Assembly (NCBI GenBank): GCA_964530225.1
Contig: CAZHBA010000066.1
Location: 1,919 to 65,918 of the forward strand
DNA length: 64,000 nt
Source: an uncultured Rhodospirillaceae bacterium
GTDB lineage: Bacteria > Pseudomonadota > Alphaproteobacteria > UBA6615
Direction: 5' to 3'
Positions 43,509 to 55,338 of the stretch are shown one piece after another. The notes beneath the pieces were generated by a model that worked only from the letters and a program-made list of their open reading frames with translations, ran no database searches and was not told where the DNA came from. Every line of letters starts with the position of its first letter. The stretch's first letter is position 1. The position numbers and the translations under genes are program-made.

Positions 43509-44357
43509 TCAAGTGTTTTCGCCGGTGGTGCGGGCCCGCTCGCTGCCGTCGCCACTAACGCGGACGATTAAGCGGTCGGGGATACGCAGATCGATGGCGA
43601 TAACGTTGCGCTCGAACAGTGCGTGTTCACGTTGGTATTCCGCTAAGCGGTCGAGCGCCGCTGCGATATTCTCCGCCGGCAGGCGGATGTCGATGCCGTT
43701 GCGCAAGCGCAAGTTCCAGCGCCGGCCGGAGACCCATATGGCGGCTTCGACCTGACCGGACACCGCCGGATAGGTACGCAACAGATCGAGCAGTGGCGCG
43801 GCGTTTTTTGGCGCATCCTGGCCGACGATGCGGGGCAGTGCGGCGAAACCCTCCAGTTTATGCCGTTGGATCACTACGCCTTCGCGGTCGATCAGGGCGA
43901 AGTGGCCCTTGTGCTGCCACAACGCTAGCGCCTGCCGTTCTTCGATCTGCAGATAAACGGTGTCGGGAAGACGCCGCGCGATGGCCACTGTCTTGACCCA
44001 GCCCAGAGATTCTATCCGCAGCCGCATTTCTTCCATGTCTATGGCCAGAATCGGCATGCCGCTGTGAACGTCGAGCGCGGCAATCAGGTTATCACGGGAT
44101 GTTATCTGGCGGCCACGCACGAGAACCTCGCGCACTGCCAACCCAGCGCCCGCGGTCGCCCCCCATATCGCCTTTTCGGCAATCTCCATCTGTCGTTCCA
44201 TCCAGCCCGACTCGACTGCGAACCAAGCGGCTCCACCAGTGCCACCCACAAACGCTATGAGTACGACACGGACGGCGATTCGCCGCCGCTGCAATCGACT
44301 CATCGCGCGCCGATGGGTCACTTTTTTGCGCTTAAAAAGAGTGGGAATCAGTCGCAC
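43509..44357 (-). CDS. ftsQ: Cell division protein FtsQ
   Basis: Single TM, POTRA domain, RRWNL, IDLRIPDRL. Confidence 0.93.
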   Translation of the reverse strand: MRLIPTLFKRKKVTHRRAMSRLQRRRIAVRVVLIAFVGGTGGAAWFAVESGWMERQMEIAEKAIWGATAGAGLAVREVLVRGRQITSRDNLIAALDVHSGMPILAIDMEEMRLRIESLGWVKTVAIARRLPDTVYLQIEERQALALWQHKGHFALIDREGVVIQRHKLEGFAALPRIVGQDAPKNAAPLLDLLRTYPAVSGQVEAAIWVSGRRWNLRLRNGIDIRLPAENIAAALDRLAEYQREHALFERNVIAIDLRIPDRLIVRVSGDGSERARTTGENT

Positions 44358-45268
44358 TGTGCCGTCTCCACCAGCCAGTCAACTAATTGTGTGAAAGCGA
44401 TGCCCTCGTGCGCCGCCTGCTCCGGCACCAGGGAAAGCTGGGTCATGCCCGGTTGAGTGTTGACCTCGAGCATCACCAGTTCCTCGTTATTGTCGTCGTA
44501 GCGTAGGTCGGATCGGCTGACGCCGCGGCATCCTAGAGTTTGATGGGCCGTGGCGGCCCAGTTCATCGCCCGTTCGTAGACGCCGGACGACACCGGGGCA
44601 GGTATCAAATGTTTTGCTTTGCCGTCGGTGTACTTGGCTTCGTAATCGTAGAAACCTGTAACCGGGCGCAATTCGGTGACCGCCAGCGGCCGCGGCTCGT
44701 GCGAGGCCGCGCCCATGACGGCGACCGTTAGTTCGCGGCCGGGGATGTACCGCTCGACCAATAGCTGCGGCGGCGTGTCGGGCATGTCGTCGAGCGACGG
44801 CCGGTCGTCGCCTTCGAGCACGATATGAACGCCGACGGACGATCCCCCGTTGATTGGCTTGACCACATAGGGCCGCGGCATCACGTCGCCCGCTTGTACG
44901 TCCTCAGGTGTGGCGATAACTGCGTCGGCAATACCGACACCTTGAGCAGCAAAGACTGCGCGGGCAGCGGCTTTGTCCATTGCCAGCGCCGATGCCAGAA
45001 CCCCGGAATGGGTGTAGGGAATATGCAGTAGGTTAAGCAGGCCCTGGATACAGCCGTCCTCGCCGTAGCGGCCGTGCAGCGCATTGAACGCGGCATCGGG
45101 GGCCGGATCGAGAGCTTCCAAAAGGGTGCCGATGTTGGCGGTCACGTCAACCTCATCGACCGTGTATCCCGCCTCGCGCAAGGCGGTGGCACATTGTTGT
45201 CCGGAATCGAGCGACACTTCGCGCTCGGCCGACGTTCCACCCATTAATACGACGATCCGGCGCGTCAT
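44348..45268 (-). CDS. ddl: D-alanine--D-alanine ligase
   Basis: GG.SAEREVSL.SG, LHGRYGEDG, YDYEAKY, LEVNTQPGMT. Confidence 0.97.
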   Translation of the reverse strand: MTRRIVVLMGGTSAEREVSLDSGQQCATALREAGYTVDEVDVTANIGTLLEALDPAPDAAFNALHGRYGEDGCIQGLLNLLHIPYTHSGVLASALAMDKAAARAVFAAQGVGIADAVIATPEDVQAGDVMPRPYVVKPINGGSSVGVHIVLEGDDRPSLDDMPDTPPQLLVERYIPGRELTVAVMGAASHEPRPLAVTELRPVTGFYDYEAKYTDGKAKHLIPAPVSSGVYERAMNWAATAHQTLGCRGVSRSDLRYDDNNEELVMLEVNTQPGMTQLSLVPEQAAHEGIAFTQLVDWLVETAQCD

Positions 45269-46200
45269 GACTGGTCTCCCGCCGGTACGCCGATGCGCTC
45301 GAGTTCCCATTCTAGTTCGACGCCGGTGGTCTCGCGCACTCGCCGGCGCACCTCTTCGCCCAGTCCCTCGATATCTGCTGCTGTCGCGCCGCCGAGATTG
45401 ACTAGGAAGTTGCAGTGTTTTTCAGAAACTTGCGCTTTACCCAGGCGCAGGCCACGGCAACCCGCCCGGTCGATCAGCCCCCAGGCCTTCTGGCCGTTGG
45501 GGTTTTTGTAGGTGCTGCCGCTGGTACGGGTGCGGATCGGTTGGGTCTCTTCGCGCACCTCTTGTACCAGTTCCATGGCGCGGGCGATTTCGTCTCTATT
45601 ACCCCAAGCGCCTTCCATCATGCAGCCGGTGAAGATCCAATCAGTCGGCACACCACAACCGCGGTACCGCGGCGACCAGTCTTCTGGCGACAACGATTCG
45701 ATGTCGCCTTGCGGGGTTAATGCCATGACGTCGACCACTAGGTCTTTCAGTTCGCGGCCATAGGCACCGGCGTTCATGCGTAACCCGCCGCCGATGGTGC
45801 CGGGAATACCGGCGAGAAATTCGAACCCGGCGATGCCGGCGTCGCGTGCTGCTTTAGCAACGTTGTAATCCAGCGTCATGGCGCCGGCTTGAATATGCGT
45901 GCCGTCGACGCGGATCGTTGAGAACGGCCGGCCGAGGCGAACCACCACACCGGGAATGCCGCCGTCGCGCACCAGCATGTTCGAGCCGACACCGAGGACC
46001 GTCACCGGCACATTATTGGGCTTGCCGGCGAGGAAATTGGCCAGATCAGTCACATCGGCCGGCCGGTAGAGGACTTCTGCCGGTCCGCCGACGCGGAACC
46101 ATGTGTAGCGGGCAATCGGCACCTGCGCATCGTAGCGGCCGCGCACAGGGGGTAGCCGGTCGACCAACTCGGTGGGTCGTTTACGGTCGGCCATCATCAT
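45265..46200 (-). CDS. murB: UDP-N-acetylenolpyruvoylglucosamine reductase
   Basis: [38 protein letters not shown]. Confidence 0.97.
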   Translation of the reverse strand: MMMADRKRPTELVDRLPPVRGRYDAQVPIARYTWFRVGGPAEVLYRPADVTDLANFLAGKPNNVPVTVLGVGSNMLVRDGGIPGVVVRLGRPFSTIRVDGTHIQAGAMTLDYNVAKAARDAGIAGFEFLAGIPGTIGGGLRMNAGAYGRELKDLVVDVMALTPQGDIESLSPEDWSPRYRGCGVPTDWIFTGCMMEGAWGNRDEIARAMELVQEVREETQPIRTRTSGSTYKNPNGQKAWGLIDRAGCRGLRLGKAQVSEKHCNFLVNLGGATAADIEGLGEEVRRRVRETTGVELEWELERIGVPAGDQS

Positions 46201-47627
46201 GCTCCCGTCCCCGTACCGCGCTCCATGAGCGGCGTCAGTTGATCGGGCAATGCCTTGGCCCACGCAGTGATGTTGCCGGCACCCAAACACACTACCATAT
46301 CGTCGGGGCGTGCCGCGGCGGTGATCAGTTTTGCTAGTTGGTTTGGTTCGGGGAGTGGGCGCACATCGCGATGGCCGTGGTCGCGTAGACCCGCCACCAG
46401 CGCATCGCGGTCCACTCCCTCGATCGGGCTTTCGCCGGCCGGATAGATGTCGGTTACAAAAACGATATCGGCGTCGTTGAAGCAGGTGCAGAAGTCGTCG
46501 AACAGGCTTTGGACACGCGAATACCGGTGGGGTTGGAAAACGGCGATAACCTGGCCGGACGTACTGTTGCGCGCGGCGTTCAACACCGCGGCGATTTCGA
46601 CAGGGTGGTGGCCGTAGTCGTCAATGATCGTCACGCCGGCCACTACGCCGGTTTTGGTAAAGCGCCGATTGACGCCGGAAAATTCAGCAAGACCATTGCG
46701 AATGGCCTCGTCGCCGACGCCCATTTCTAGTGCCACGCCAATGGCGGCGAGAGCGTTTTGCGCGTTATGGGTGCCGTACATGGGTAATTGTAGCGAATCG
46801 ATGGTGCGCGCTGCATTGCCGCTGCGCTCGGCGATATTGATGTCGAATGTCACTCCGTGGGGGCCTGTCACGATATTGACGCCACGCACATCCGCCTGAC
46901 GTGAAAAGCCGTAGGTGATAACGCGCCGGTCGGTAAGTTGTGATATCAACGCCTGCACTTCCGGATGGTCGATACACAGGGTGGCGAAACCATAGAACGG
47001 TATGTTCGAGACGAACGTGGCGAAGGCTTCGCGTACGGCGTCGAAGTCGCCGTAGAAATCCAGATGCTCGGGGTCGATATTGGTAACCACGGCGATGGTT
47101 GCTGGTAGCTTTATGAACGTGCCATCGGATTCGTCGGCTTCAACCACCATCCAGTCGCCGGCACCGAGGCGCGCATTGGTGCCGTAAGCATTGATTATGC
47201 CGCCGTTGATTACTGTGGGGTCGAACGCGGCGGCGTCTAGAACTGCGGCGACCAGCGATGTGGTGGTGGTTTTGCCATGGGTGCCGCCGACGGCGATCGA
47301 CCATTTCAACCGCATTAGCTCGGCCAGCATTTCGGCGCGGCGCACCACTGGTATTAGATTGGCGCGCGCGCTCACCATTTCCGGATTGTCGGGTCCGATC
47401 GCGGTCGATACAACGACCACCGCGGCACCGTCGATGTTTTCGCTACGATGTCCGATCGAAACGTCGATACCGAGTTGACGCAGACGTTCGATATTGGCGC
47501 CTTCGGCGACATCGCTGCCTTGAACTGCGTAGCCCAGGGCGTGTAGCGTTTCGGCGATACCGCTCATGCCGATGCCGCCGATGCCGACAAAATGAATAAC
47601 GCCGATATCCAAGGGAAGCGCTTTCAT
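46197..47627 (-). CDS. murC: UDP-N-acetylmuramate--L-alanine ligase
   Basis: [44 protein letters not shown]. Confidence 0.98.
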   Translation of the reverse strand: MKALPLDIGVIHFVGIGGIGMSGIAETLHALGYAVQGSDVAEGANIERLRQLGIDVSIGHRSENIDGAAVVVVSTAIGPDNPEMVSARANLIPVVRRAEMLAELMRLKWSIAVGGTHGKTTTTSLVAAVLDAAAFDPTVINGGIINAYGTNARLGAGDWMVVEADESDGTFIKLPATIAVVTNIDPEHLDFYGDFDAVREAFATFVSNIPFYGFATLCIDHPEVQALISQLTDRRVITYGFSRQADVRGVNIVTGPHGVTFDINIAERSGNAARTIDSLQLPMYGTHNAQNALAAIGVALEMGVGDEAIRNGLAEFSGVNRRFTKTGVVAGVTIIDDYGHHPVEIAAVLNAARNSTSGQVIAVFQPHRYSRVQSLFDDFCTCFNDADIVFVTDIYPAGESPIEGVDRDALVAGLRDHGHRDVRPLPEPNQLAKLITAAARPDDMVVCLGAGNITAWAKALPDQLTPLMERGTGTGA

Positions 47628-48781
47628 TCCGCTGCCTCCCGTAAAGGCGTCGCCGGATCGCCGGCGTCGCCGTTCAACGGCAGTAGACCCTCGACCATGT
47701 CGGCGAGCTGATCCGTAGCCGACGGATTGCCTAAAGCCCGCGCCGCTTCGGCGACCTGAATCAGTGATGCCGGATCTTCCAAAGCGGCCTCGAGCCAACC
47801 GGCCAAGGCACCGGGCGTGAATTCCGGTTGCGGGATAACCCAGCCGCCGCCGCTATTCTTGATCGCGTGGGCGTTTTCCGTTTGATGATCATCGGCGGCG
47901 TGTGGGTAGGGGACGTAGAGGGCGGGCCGGCCGGCCGCCGTCAGTTCGGCCATCGTCGACGCCCCGGCGCGGCAGATTACCAAGTGTGAGCGAGCCAGCC
48001 GCTGCGGCACGTCGGCGAAAAATGTCGCCAGATCGACCGGCATATGCAGCGTTCGATAGGTCGCGCGCACCGCTTCGATGTCTTCTGGGCGGCATTGCTG
48101 GGAGACCCGAAACCGCAGCCGTAATTCGGGCGCCATAGTTTCAAACGCTGCAGGTACGATTTTGGAGAAAACCTGGGCACCCAGACTGCCGCCGAGAATC
48201 AGCACCTGCATAATGTCGGTCGGCGGTGAGTAGGGATGCGTGGTCAACGCCGCGATTTCGTCGCGTATCGGATTGCCGACGATGCGTGCGCGAGCCGCAC
48301 CGGCGTCGCTGAGTTTCAACGTGTGCTCGAACGATAGCGCGAAGGCTCGCGCACCGCGCGCCAACCGGCGATTAGCGCGTCCGAGAACGGCGTTTTGTTC
48401 GTGAATGAGGGTCGGTACGCCGGCCATGCCCGCGGCCAGAATCGGCGGTACGGTTGGGTAGCCACCAAACCCGACGGCGAGGGCGGGGTGCAGGCGGCGC
48501 ACCAGTCGGCGCGCTTCGGTAAATCCCTTAACCAGTGCCAGAACGCCGCGGACGGTGGTGAAAATACCGCCGTCGAGCCGCCCGGCGGTGACCGCATAAC
48601 GCTCTATTTCCGGCGGAAGGCCGAGATTTTCCCGGCTTACCGCAGCGCCACGGGCATCGCTGACAAAGACGACGCGGTGGCCTCGGCCCGATAGGGTTCT
48701 TGCCAGCGCTACACCGGGAAACATGTGCCCACCAGTGCCACCGGCGGCGATCAGAATGGGGCGGGCGGAGAGATTATTCAT
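47624..48781 (-). CDS. murG: Lipid II GlcNAc transferase
   Basis: GGTGGH, GFGGY, HEQN, GNP, GGSLGA, RAGAST, DHQ..NA. Confidence 0.98.
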   Translation of the reverse strand: MNNLSARPILIAAGGTGGHMFPGVALARTLSGRGHRVVFVSDARGAAVSRENLGLPPEIERYAVTAGRLDGGIFTTVRGVLALVKGFTEARRLVRRLHPALAVGFGGYPTVPPILAAGMAGVPTLIHEQNAVLGRANRRLARGARAFALSFEHTLKLSDAGAARARIVGNPIRDEIAALTTHPYSPPTDIMQVLILGGSLGAQVFSKIVPAAFETMAPELRLRFRVSQQCRPEDIEAVRATYRTLHMPVDLATFFADVPQRLARSHLVICRAGASTMAELTAAGRPALYVPYPHAADDHQTENAHAIKNSGGGWVIPQPEFTPGALAGWLEAALEDPASLIQVAEAARALGNPSATDQLADMVEGLLPLNGDAGDPATPLREAAE

Positions 48782-49902
48782 GTCCCCTCCACCTGACCGT
48801 TGCGCCGGCGCGTCAACGCCAACATCATGCCGATACCGAGCGCGATCGCCAGCAGCGATGAACCACCGTAGCTGATAAACGGCAAAGTCATACCCTTGGT
48901 CGGAATGAGCTGCAGGCTCGACGCCATGTTGATCAACGTCTGCAGGCCGAATTGCACCAGCAGACCCGATACCGCGAGCAAGACGAACAGATTGCTCTCG
49001 CCCATGGTTCGTATGAGGCCACGCAGTACGATGAACGCGAACAGGGCAACGATGACCAAAGTGAGAATGAGCCCGAGTTCTTCGCCGGCAACGGCGAAAA
49101 CGAAATCGGCGTGGGCGTCGGGCAAATTGTTTTTGACCGACCCTTCGCCGGGGCCTTGACCGAACAAGCCACCGTTCGAGAACGCCTCGATACTACGCTC
49201 GATCTGATAGGTGTCACCGGTAGCGGGGTCGATGAAGCGGTCGATGCGGCTGGCGACGTGCGACAGGATCATATACGAGCTGGCCAGACCGGCGAGGCCG
49301 AGCATGATCAACCCGACGACCAACCACATGGGCAAACCCGCCAGGAAGAATTGAGCCATCCACACCGCGCCGATAACTGCGGCTTGCCCCATATCCGGCT
49401 GTGAGATCGTTAGCCAGGCGAGCAACGCGAAGGTGACTACCGCCAAGGTGTAGCCGGGGAATTTAGCGTCGCGGACTTTCTCGGCGAACAACCAGGCGGT
49501 CACTATCGCGAAGGTTGGTTTAGCGAACTCCGTGACTTGTATTGACAGGCCGGCGATCGAGAGCCAGCGGCGCGCACCATTGTGTTCGTCGCCGAATAGC
49601 TGGGTCGCGCCGAGCCCCAGCAGACAGACGGCAAAGCCGATTAGCGCCAGGCGGCGAATTTGTAACGGGGTCATTAGCGATGTGGCGATGATCAAAGCGA
49701 CTGCCATCGGCAGGAAGACCAAGTGACGCCTAACGAAGTAAAGGCTATCGACGCCGATCCGTTCCGCCACTGCCGGGCTCGACGCCAACGCCAGCATGGT
49801 GCCGAATGCCATCAGCGCGGCGACGGCGGCGAGGGTCCAGCGGTCTACCGTCCACCACCAGCGGCCCATAACGGAAGTGTCGGCGCGCGAGAACGTCGTC
49901 AT
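48778..49902 (-). CDS. ftsW: SEDS peptidoglycan polymerase FtsW
   Basis: WWWTVD, GARRW, QPDMG, PDAHADF, KGMTLPFISYGGSS. Confidence 0.97.
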   Translation of the reverse strand: MTTFSRADTSVMGRWWWTVDRWTLAAVAALMAFGTMLALASSPAVAERIGVDSLYFVRRHLVFLPMAVALIIATSLMTPLQIRRLALIGFAVCLLGLGATQLFGDEHNGARRWLSIAGLSIQVTEFAKPTFAIVTAWLFAEKVRDAKFPGYTLAVVTFALLAWLTISQPDMGQAAVIGAVWMAQFFLAGLPMWLVVGLIMLGLAGLASSYMILSHVASRIDRFIDPATGDTYQIERSIEAFSNGGLFGQGPGEGSVKNNLPDAHADFVFAVAGEELGLILTLVIVALFAFIVLRGLIRTMGESNLFVLLAVSGLLVQFGLQTLINMASSLQLIPTKGMTLPFISYGGSSLLAIALGIGMMLALTRRRNGQVEGT

Positions 49903-51317
49903 ACCGCGCCCTCCGCCGCTAGCCCCATGACGGTCACGCGGAAGGCTTCGCCGCGTGCTTCGAAATCGGGAAACTGGTCGAATGATGCGCAGGCCGGCGA
50001 TAAGAGAACGACGCTAGGTTGCGGGTCTGACTGAGCTAGTTCCGCGGCTGCGGTGACGGCGGCAGCTAACTCACCACTAAGCGTAAAGGGTACCTTGCCA
50101 TCGAGGGTCTTGGCGAAATCATCGGCGGCCTCGCCGATCAGGAAGGCGTGGCTGATCCGCGGGAAGAATGGCTCCAGTGCCCCGATGCCGCCGGCTTTCG
50201 CTAAGCCGCCGGCGATCCAGATGATATTGTCGTTACAGGCCAGCGCGTGCGCGGCGGCGTCGGCGTTCGTTGCCTTGGAATCGTTGATAAACCGGCAACC
50301 ACCGATATCCGCCACCAATTCCTGGCGGTGGGCGAGGCCCGGGAAGGTCGTAATGCCATCGATCACGGCGCTATCGCCAATCGACGCATCACCAGCGGCG
50401 ATGACCGAGACAGCCGTATAGGCAACAGCGGTATTTTGCGTATTGTGATGGCCGGGCAGCGTGTCGACTTTACTTAGATCTATGATGCGCTTTGCATTAC
50501 CGCCGCGGTCGTCGATCAACCAGCCATCGACGACATAGACACCGCCGGCGACCGGCCGTTTAACCGAAACCGCGACCACCGGCTGGCCCTGCGTGGCAAG
50601 ATCGTCGTAAATTGCGTAGCTGGCCTTGTCGTCGATCCCGACGATGGCCACGCGTTCCGGCGTTAGTCCGGCAAAAATTCGGCGCTTGGCGGCGATATAG
50701 CCGTCCATGCCGCCATGCCGGTCGAGATGATCGGGGCTAATATTAAGTAATATCATCACATCGAAGGTGGCTGACGGCAGCAACTCGAGCTGATAGGAGG
50801 AGAGTTCCAGCACGTAGATGCCGCCGCCGCCCATCGGCGCCAGGGAGAGGACTGGTGCGCCGATATTTCCGCCGACCACCGCTTGTTTGCCGATCTGGTT
50901 CAAGATGTGGCTGATCAGCGCCGTCGTGGTCGATTTGCCGTTGGTGCCGGTGATGCCGATGTAGGCGGCGTCGCGTTCGGCACGCGCCAGCAATTCAATA
51001 TCGCAAACGATCTCGCAACCCGCCGCGCGCGCGCGTGTTACCGCCGGGTGCGGAGTCGGATGGGTGTGAGGAATGCCCGGGCTCAGCAGCAGGGTGGGTA
51101 CGTCCTGCAAGTCCGCCGTCGTTAGATCGACCAACGGCATACCGTTGTCCCGCGCCGCCTCGCGTCTCGCTGGGTCGTCGTCCCAGGCGCGTACGTTGGC
51201 GCCACCGTTGTGCAACGCGCGCGCTGCCGACAGTCCCGACTTGCCAAGGCCGAGCACAGCGATAGACGCGCCGGAAAAGGCGGACAGGTCGATGCGCGAT
51301 TGCGGTGCAGCGTTCAT
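49899..51317 (-). CDS. murD: UDP-MurNAc-L-Ala--D-glutamate ligase
   Basis: GLGKSG, ITGTNGKSTT, ELSSYQL, DHLDRH, NDSKATN, SPACASFDQF. Confidence 0.98.
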   Translation of the reverse strand: MNAAPQSRIDLSAFSGASIAVLGLGKSGLSAARALHNGGANVRAWDDDPARREAARDNGMPLVDLTTADLQDVPTLLLSPGIPHTHPTPHPAVTRARAAGCEIVCDIELLARAERDAAYIGITGTNGKSTTTALISHILNQIGKQAVVGGNIGAPVLSLAPMGGGGIYVLELSSYQLELLPSATFDVMILLNISPDHLDRHGGMDGYIAAKRRIFAGLTPERVAIVGIDDKASYAIYDDLATQGQPVVAVSVKRPVAGGVYVVDGWLIDDRGGNAKRIIDLSKVDTLPGHHNTQNTAVAYTAVSVIAAGDASIGDSAVIDGITTFPGLAHRQELVADIGGCRFINDSKATNADAAAHALACNDNIIWIAGGLAKAGGIGALEPFFPRISHAFLIGEAADDFAKTLDGKVPFTLSGELAAAVTAAAELAQSDPQPSVVLLSPACASFDQFPDFEARGEAFRVTVMGLAAEGAV

Positions 51318-51324
51318 TCCGGCC

Positions 51325-52410
51325 TCACCGCAGCTTCAGCGTGGCCAGACCGACGAGCGCCAGTATCGACGCGATGATCCAGAAACGGACCACGATTGTT
51401 GGTTCAGCCCAACCTTTTTGTTCGAAATGGTGATGCAACGGTGCCATGCGGAACACGCGCCGCCCGGTCATCTTGAACGACGCGACCTGGACGATCACCG
51501 AAACGGTCTCCAGGATGAACAGGCCACCGATGATGGCGAGCACCAGTTCGTGCTTGGTTACCAGGGATACGCCGCCTAGCGCGCCGCCCATCGACAACGA
51601 GCCGGTATCGCCCATGAAGACCATTGCCGGTGGGGCGTTGAACCACAAAAATCCCAACCCGGCACCGACCAGGGCGCCGCAGAAGACTGCCAACTCGCCG
51701 GAGCCCGGCACGGCGAAAATCAGCAGGTAATTGGCGAATACGGCGTTGCCCACTAGATAAGAAATCAAGCCAAAGCTACCCGCCGCGATCATCACTGGAA
51801 CGATTGCCAGGCCATCGAGGCCATCGGTCAGGTTAACCGAGTTCGACGAGCCGACGATGACGAAGATGGCGAAGGGTGCAAAAAACCAGCCCAGGTCGAG
51901 CAACACGTCTTTAACGAACGGCAGCGCCAGACCGGTTGACAGCGGTTCGCCCATCAGCGACATGATCCAGTAGACGGCGATGGCGGCGACGATAATTTCG
52001 AGCGTAAGGCGCTGTTTGCCTGGCAGACCGCCGGAGCCTCTCTGAGTGAGTTTGCGGTAGTCGTCAACGAAACCGATGGTGCCGAAGCCGACGGTGACCA
52101 GCAGTACGGCCCAGACGAAACCGTTGGTGAGGTCGGCCCACAATAGGGTCGACACGATGATCGCTAGAAGAATTAAAAACCCGCCCATGGTTGGCGTACC
52201 GGCCTTGGCAAAGTGCTGGGGCGGACCGTCCTCGCGGATCGGTTGCCCAGTCGGCTGCTGTTGTTTCAGCCAGCCGATGATCCAGGGACCGAAGACAAAG
52301 GCGACGATTAACCCGGTGACAACCGCGCCGCCGGCACGGAAGGTGAGTGAACTGAATAGAAACAGCACACTGTATTGGTCAGCCAGTGGAGCGAGCAGAT
52401 TAAACAGCAT
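51325..52410 (-). CDS. mraY: Phospho-MurNAc-pentapeptide transferase
   Basis: [32 protein letters not shown]. Confidence 0.98.
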   Translation of the reverse strand: MLFNLLAPLADQYSVLFLFSSLTFRAGGAVVTGLIVAFVFGPWIIGWLKQQQPTGQPIREDGPPQHFAKAGTPTMGGFLILLAIIVSTLLWADLTNGFVWAVLLVTVGFGTIGFVDDYRKLTQRGSGGLPGKQRLTLEIIVAAIAVYWIMSLMGEPLSTGLALPFVKDVLLDLGWFFAPFAIFVIVGSSNSVNLTDGLDGLAIVPVMIAAGSFGLISYLVGNAVFANYLLIFAVPGSGELAVFCGALVGAGLGFLWFNAPPAMVFMGDTGSLSMGGALGGVSLVTKHELVLAIIGGLFILETVSVIVQVASFKMTGRRVFRMAPLHHHFEQKGWAEPTIVVRFWIIASILALVGLATLKLR

Positions 52411-53866
52411 ACCGGATGCCCCCCTCGTCAGCGACCGGTGCTCCACCATTTCCGTTGGCGCCGGTAATCAGCGCTTCGGCGATCGGTCCGACCCGGCTGC
52501 CCAGTGACCCTTTGACCAGCACCACATCGCCGGCTTGCACCGCGTCCAGCACTATCGGCAGTAGTTGCTCCGGCGTTGCCGCGTGGCTGCCACGCATTTG
52601 TTTTGGCAACGTCTCGGTTAGCGCGGCCATTAGTTTGCCGCAGGTGAAGACCTGGTCGGCGCCAATGGCTTCGAGGTTTCGTGCCAGCCTGGTGTGGAGC
52701 TTTTCCGCTTCGGGCCCCAATTCCAACATGTCACCTAGCACCGCTATGCGTCGACCTGTACCCTCGGGATGGGCGACGCCGAGCACCTCGAAGGCGGCGC
52801 GCATGGAGGCTGGGCTGGCATTGTAACTGTCGTCGATCACCACATACTCGCCGACCGCAGTAGCGATCCGGTGGTGGCGGCCGCGGCCGCGCGGTATGGT
52901 GGCATAGCTTAGCGCTGCCGCGGCGGTATCGAGATTGGCTTCGAGGCCGGCCACGGCCGCCAGAACGGCCAACGAATTGATCACCCGGTGCCGCCCCGGT
53001 GCGTTGAGCCGATAATGTACGGTATGGCCGTCGACATTGGCGGTGACGTCGCTGCCGTCATCGGTAGGGTCGCTGGCGATGAGGCGGGCGTGGGCTTCTG
53101 GGCTGGCGCCGAAGCCGAGGATCCGCTTGGCGCCAGTTTCGGCGGCAGTCGTGGCCAGCAGCGCGAAATAGGCGTTGTCGCGGTTGAGCACGGCAACGCC
53201 GTTGTCACCGAGCCCGGCGAAAATTTCGGCCTTCGCCTCGGCGATCGCGCAAACGCTGTCAAAGAATTCCAAATGCACAGCCTCGATAGTCGTGATGACC
53301 GCAATGTCGGGCCGCACCAGTTGCGACAACGGTGTCAACTCGCCGGCATGGTTCATGCCCAGTTCGATTACACCGTAGACGGCGTCCACCGGCATTCGCG
53401 CCAGGGTCAGCAGCGTGCCCCATTGGTTGTTCAAATTGCCTTGGGTAGCATGGGTCGTACCGCAGGCGCCGAGTGCGGCCGCCAGCCCATCTTTGGTGCT
53501 GGTTTTGCCGACTGATCCGGTGACGCAAACGAACTGCGCGCTCGAACGGTTGCGGGCGAACCGGCCCAATGCAGTAAGAGCAGCTTCGCAATCGTTGACC
53601 ACGACCAGTTTTGGTGAGTCCTCTAGCCCAGCGGGGATTCGGCTAACGACAGCTCCGGTGGCGCCGGCCAACAGCGCCGCGGCGACATAATCGTGACCGT
53701 CAAAATTGGGTCCGGCGATGGCAATGAACAGATCGCCGGGGGCACAGGTGCGGCTGTCGATCGATACACCGCTTGCCTGCCAGTCCGTCGATGAAGCGCC
53801 AGATGTGAGCCGGCCGTTAGTCGCCGTGGAGACATCGCTGCTGGTCCATAGGGGCAAAGCGCTCAT
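52400..53866 (-). CDS. murF: UDP-MurNAc-tripeptide--D-Ala-D-Ala ligase
   Basis: [44 protein letters not shown]. Confidence 0.97.
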   Translation of the reverse strand: MSALPLWTSSDVSTATNGRLTSGASSTDWQASGVSIDSRTCAPGDLFIAIAGPNFDGHDYVAAALLAGATGAVVSRIPAGLEDSPKLVVVNDCEAALTALGRFARNRSSAQFVCVTGSVGKTSTKDGLAAALGACGTTHATQGNLNNQWGTLLTLARMPVDAVYGVIELGMNHAGELTPLSQLVRPDIAVITTIEAVHLEFFDSVCAIAEAKAEIFAGLGDNGVAVLNRDNAYFALLATTAAETGAKRILGFGASPEAHARLIASDPTDDGSDVTANVDGHTVHYRLNAPGRHRVINSLAVLAAVAGLEANLDTAAAALSYATIPRGRGRHHRIATAVGEYVVIDDSYNASPASMRAAFEVLGVAHPEGTGRRIAVLGDMLELGPEAEKLHTRLARNLEAIGADQVFTCGKLMAALTETLPKQMRGSHAATPEQLLPIVLDAVQAGDVVLVKGSLGSRVGPIAEALITGANGNGGAPVADEGGIRYAV

Positions 53867-55338
53867 GATGCCGTCTCGCCGCTCAGTTGGATAATGGCTT
53901 TACGCGCCACCTCGGCGTCGTCGAACGGCAGGACCTCAGTACCGACGATCTGGCCGGTCTCATGGCCTTTGCCGGCGATGATCAACACGTCGTCCGATGC
54001 CAGTTCGTCAATCGCCGCGGTGATCGCCTTGGCCCGGTTGTCGAATTCGGTGGCGCCCGGGCATCCGGTCAGAATCTGGCGGCGGATCGAAGTCGGATCC
54101 TCACGCCTTGGATTGTCGTCGGTGACGATGGCACGGTCGGCTAACCGCGCCACGACTTCGCCCATCATCGTCCGTTTGCCTGGATCACGGTCGCCACCGG
54201 CACCGAAGACCACGGCGAGCTTGCCGGCGACATGGGGGCGAATCGCCGAAAGAGCGGTCTCCAACGCGTCAGGCGTGTGGGCATAGTCGACATAGACCAT
54301 CGCGCCATTGGGGTGTTGCCCGACCAACTCCATGCGTCCGCGCACGCCCTTGAGCATAGCCAGCGCGGTGAATGCGTCGTCGACGGCAGCGCCGCAGCCG
54401 ATCGTCAAGCCTAGTGCGGCCAAGGCGTTATAGGCCTGGAATGCGCCGACCAGCGGTAGCCGGGTCTCGAAGGTGCGGTGGTCGATGGTGACGCACAGGC
54501 GCAGGCCGTCGGCCAGCGGCGACAGATCGTCGATGCGCATATCGCTGGTGTTCATCCCGTAGGACGAGATGCGGTGTCCGGCGAGGCGGCAAATATCGCG
54601 AATTTCTTCGTAATGGGAGCTGTCGGCGTTTAGTACCGCGGTGCCGTCGGACGGTAGCAATTGTTCGAAAAGACGCCGCTTGGCGGCGAAATAATCCGCC
54701 TCGGTTTCATGATAATCTAGATGATCTCGCGTCAGGTTTGTGAACGCAGCGGCGGCGATAACGATGCCGTCGAGGCGGTACTGATCAAGGCCGTGCGATG
54801 AAGCTTCCATTGCCAGATGATTGATCCCGGCATCGGAAAGGTCGGCCAATGTCTGGTGCAAGGCCACCGGGTCCGGCGTCGTCAGGCTTGGGCCCGGGTT
54901 GGGGCCGCCGGCGTCGATACCCAGGGTGCCGATGCTGGCAGACGGCAGGCCCAGGTGCGACCAGATCTGCCGGGTGAAGCCGGCGACCGACGATTTGCCG
55001 TTGGTACCAGTGATGGCGGCGACGGTCTTTGGCTGGTGCTGGTAGAACCGGGCGGCGATGAGGGCGAACTGTCGGCGCGGATTTTCGTCGACCACCAGTT
55101 GGGTGCCGTCGTTAAGCACGGTGTCCAGCGGCGCGAGGATGGCGACGGCGCCGCGCGCTAGCGCATCGCCGATGAAATTGCGCCCGTCGGTGCTCGATCC
55201 TCGCGTCGCGCTGGGCAGAGCGGCGAACAGATAACCCGGTTCGACCCGTCGACTATCGGCGGTCAGGCCGGTAATCTGCACGTCCTGCAACGTATCAATT
55301 TGCGGTGCCATTGGCATCATGAGCTCAGTTAGTCGCAA
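53863..55338 (-). CDS. murE: UDP-MurNAc-dipeptide--meso-DAP ligase
   Basis: TGTNGKSS, MEASSH, DHLDYH, DYAHTPD, DNPR (meso-DAP specificity), GKGHE. Confidence 0.97.
   Translation of the reverse strand: MRLTELMMPMAPQIDTLQDVQITGLTADSRRVEPGYLFAALPSATRGSSTDGRNFIGDALARGAVAILAPLDTVLNDGTQLVVDENPRRQFALIAARFYQHQPKTVAAITGTNGKSSVAGFTRQIWSHLGLPSASIGTLGIDAGGPNPGPSLTTPDPVALHQTLADLSDAGINHLAMEASSHGLDQYRLDGIVIAAAAFTNLTRDHLDYHETEADYFAAKRRLFEQLLPSDGTAVLNADSSHYEEIRDICRLAGHRISSYGMNTSDMRIDDLSPLADGLRLCVTIDHRTFETRLPLVGAFQAYNALAALGLTIGCGAAVDDAFTALAMLKGVRGRMELVGQHPNGAMVYVDYAHTPDALETALSAIRPHVAGKLAVVFGAGGDRDPGKRTMMGEVVARLADRAIVTDDNPRREDPTSIRRQILTGCPGATEFDNRAKAITAAIDELASDDVLIIAGKGHETGQIVGTEVLPFDDAEVARKAIIQLSGETAS

Noticed and set aside
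42835-43755. Long antisense ORFs (this 306-aa one, also 9715-10548 and 21771-22625)
   Set aside because: They are shadow frames of GC3-rich genes on the opposite strand and have no motifs of their own.
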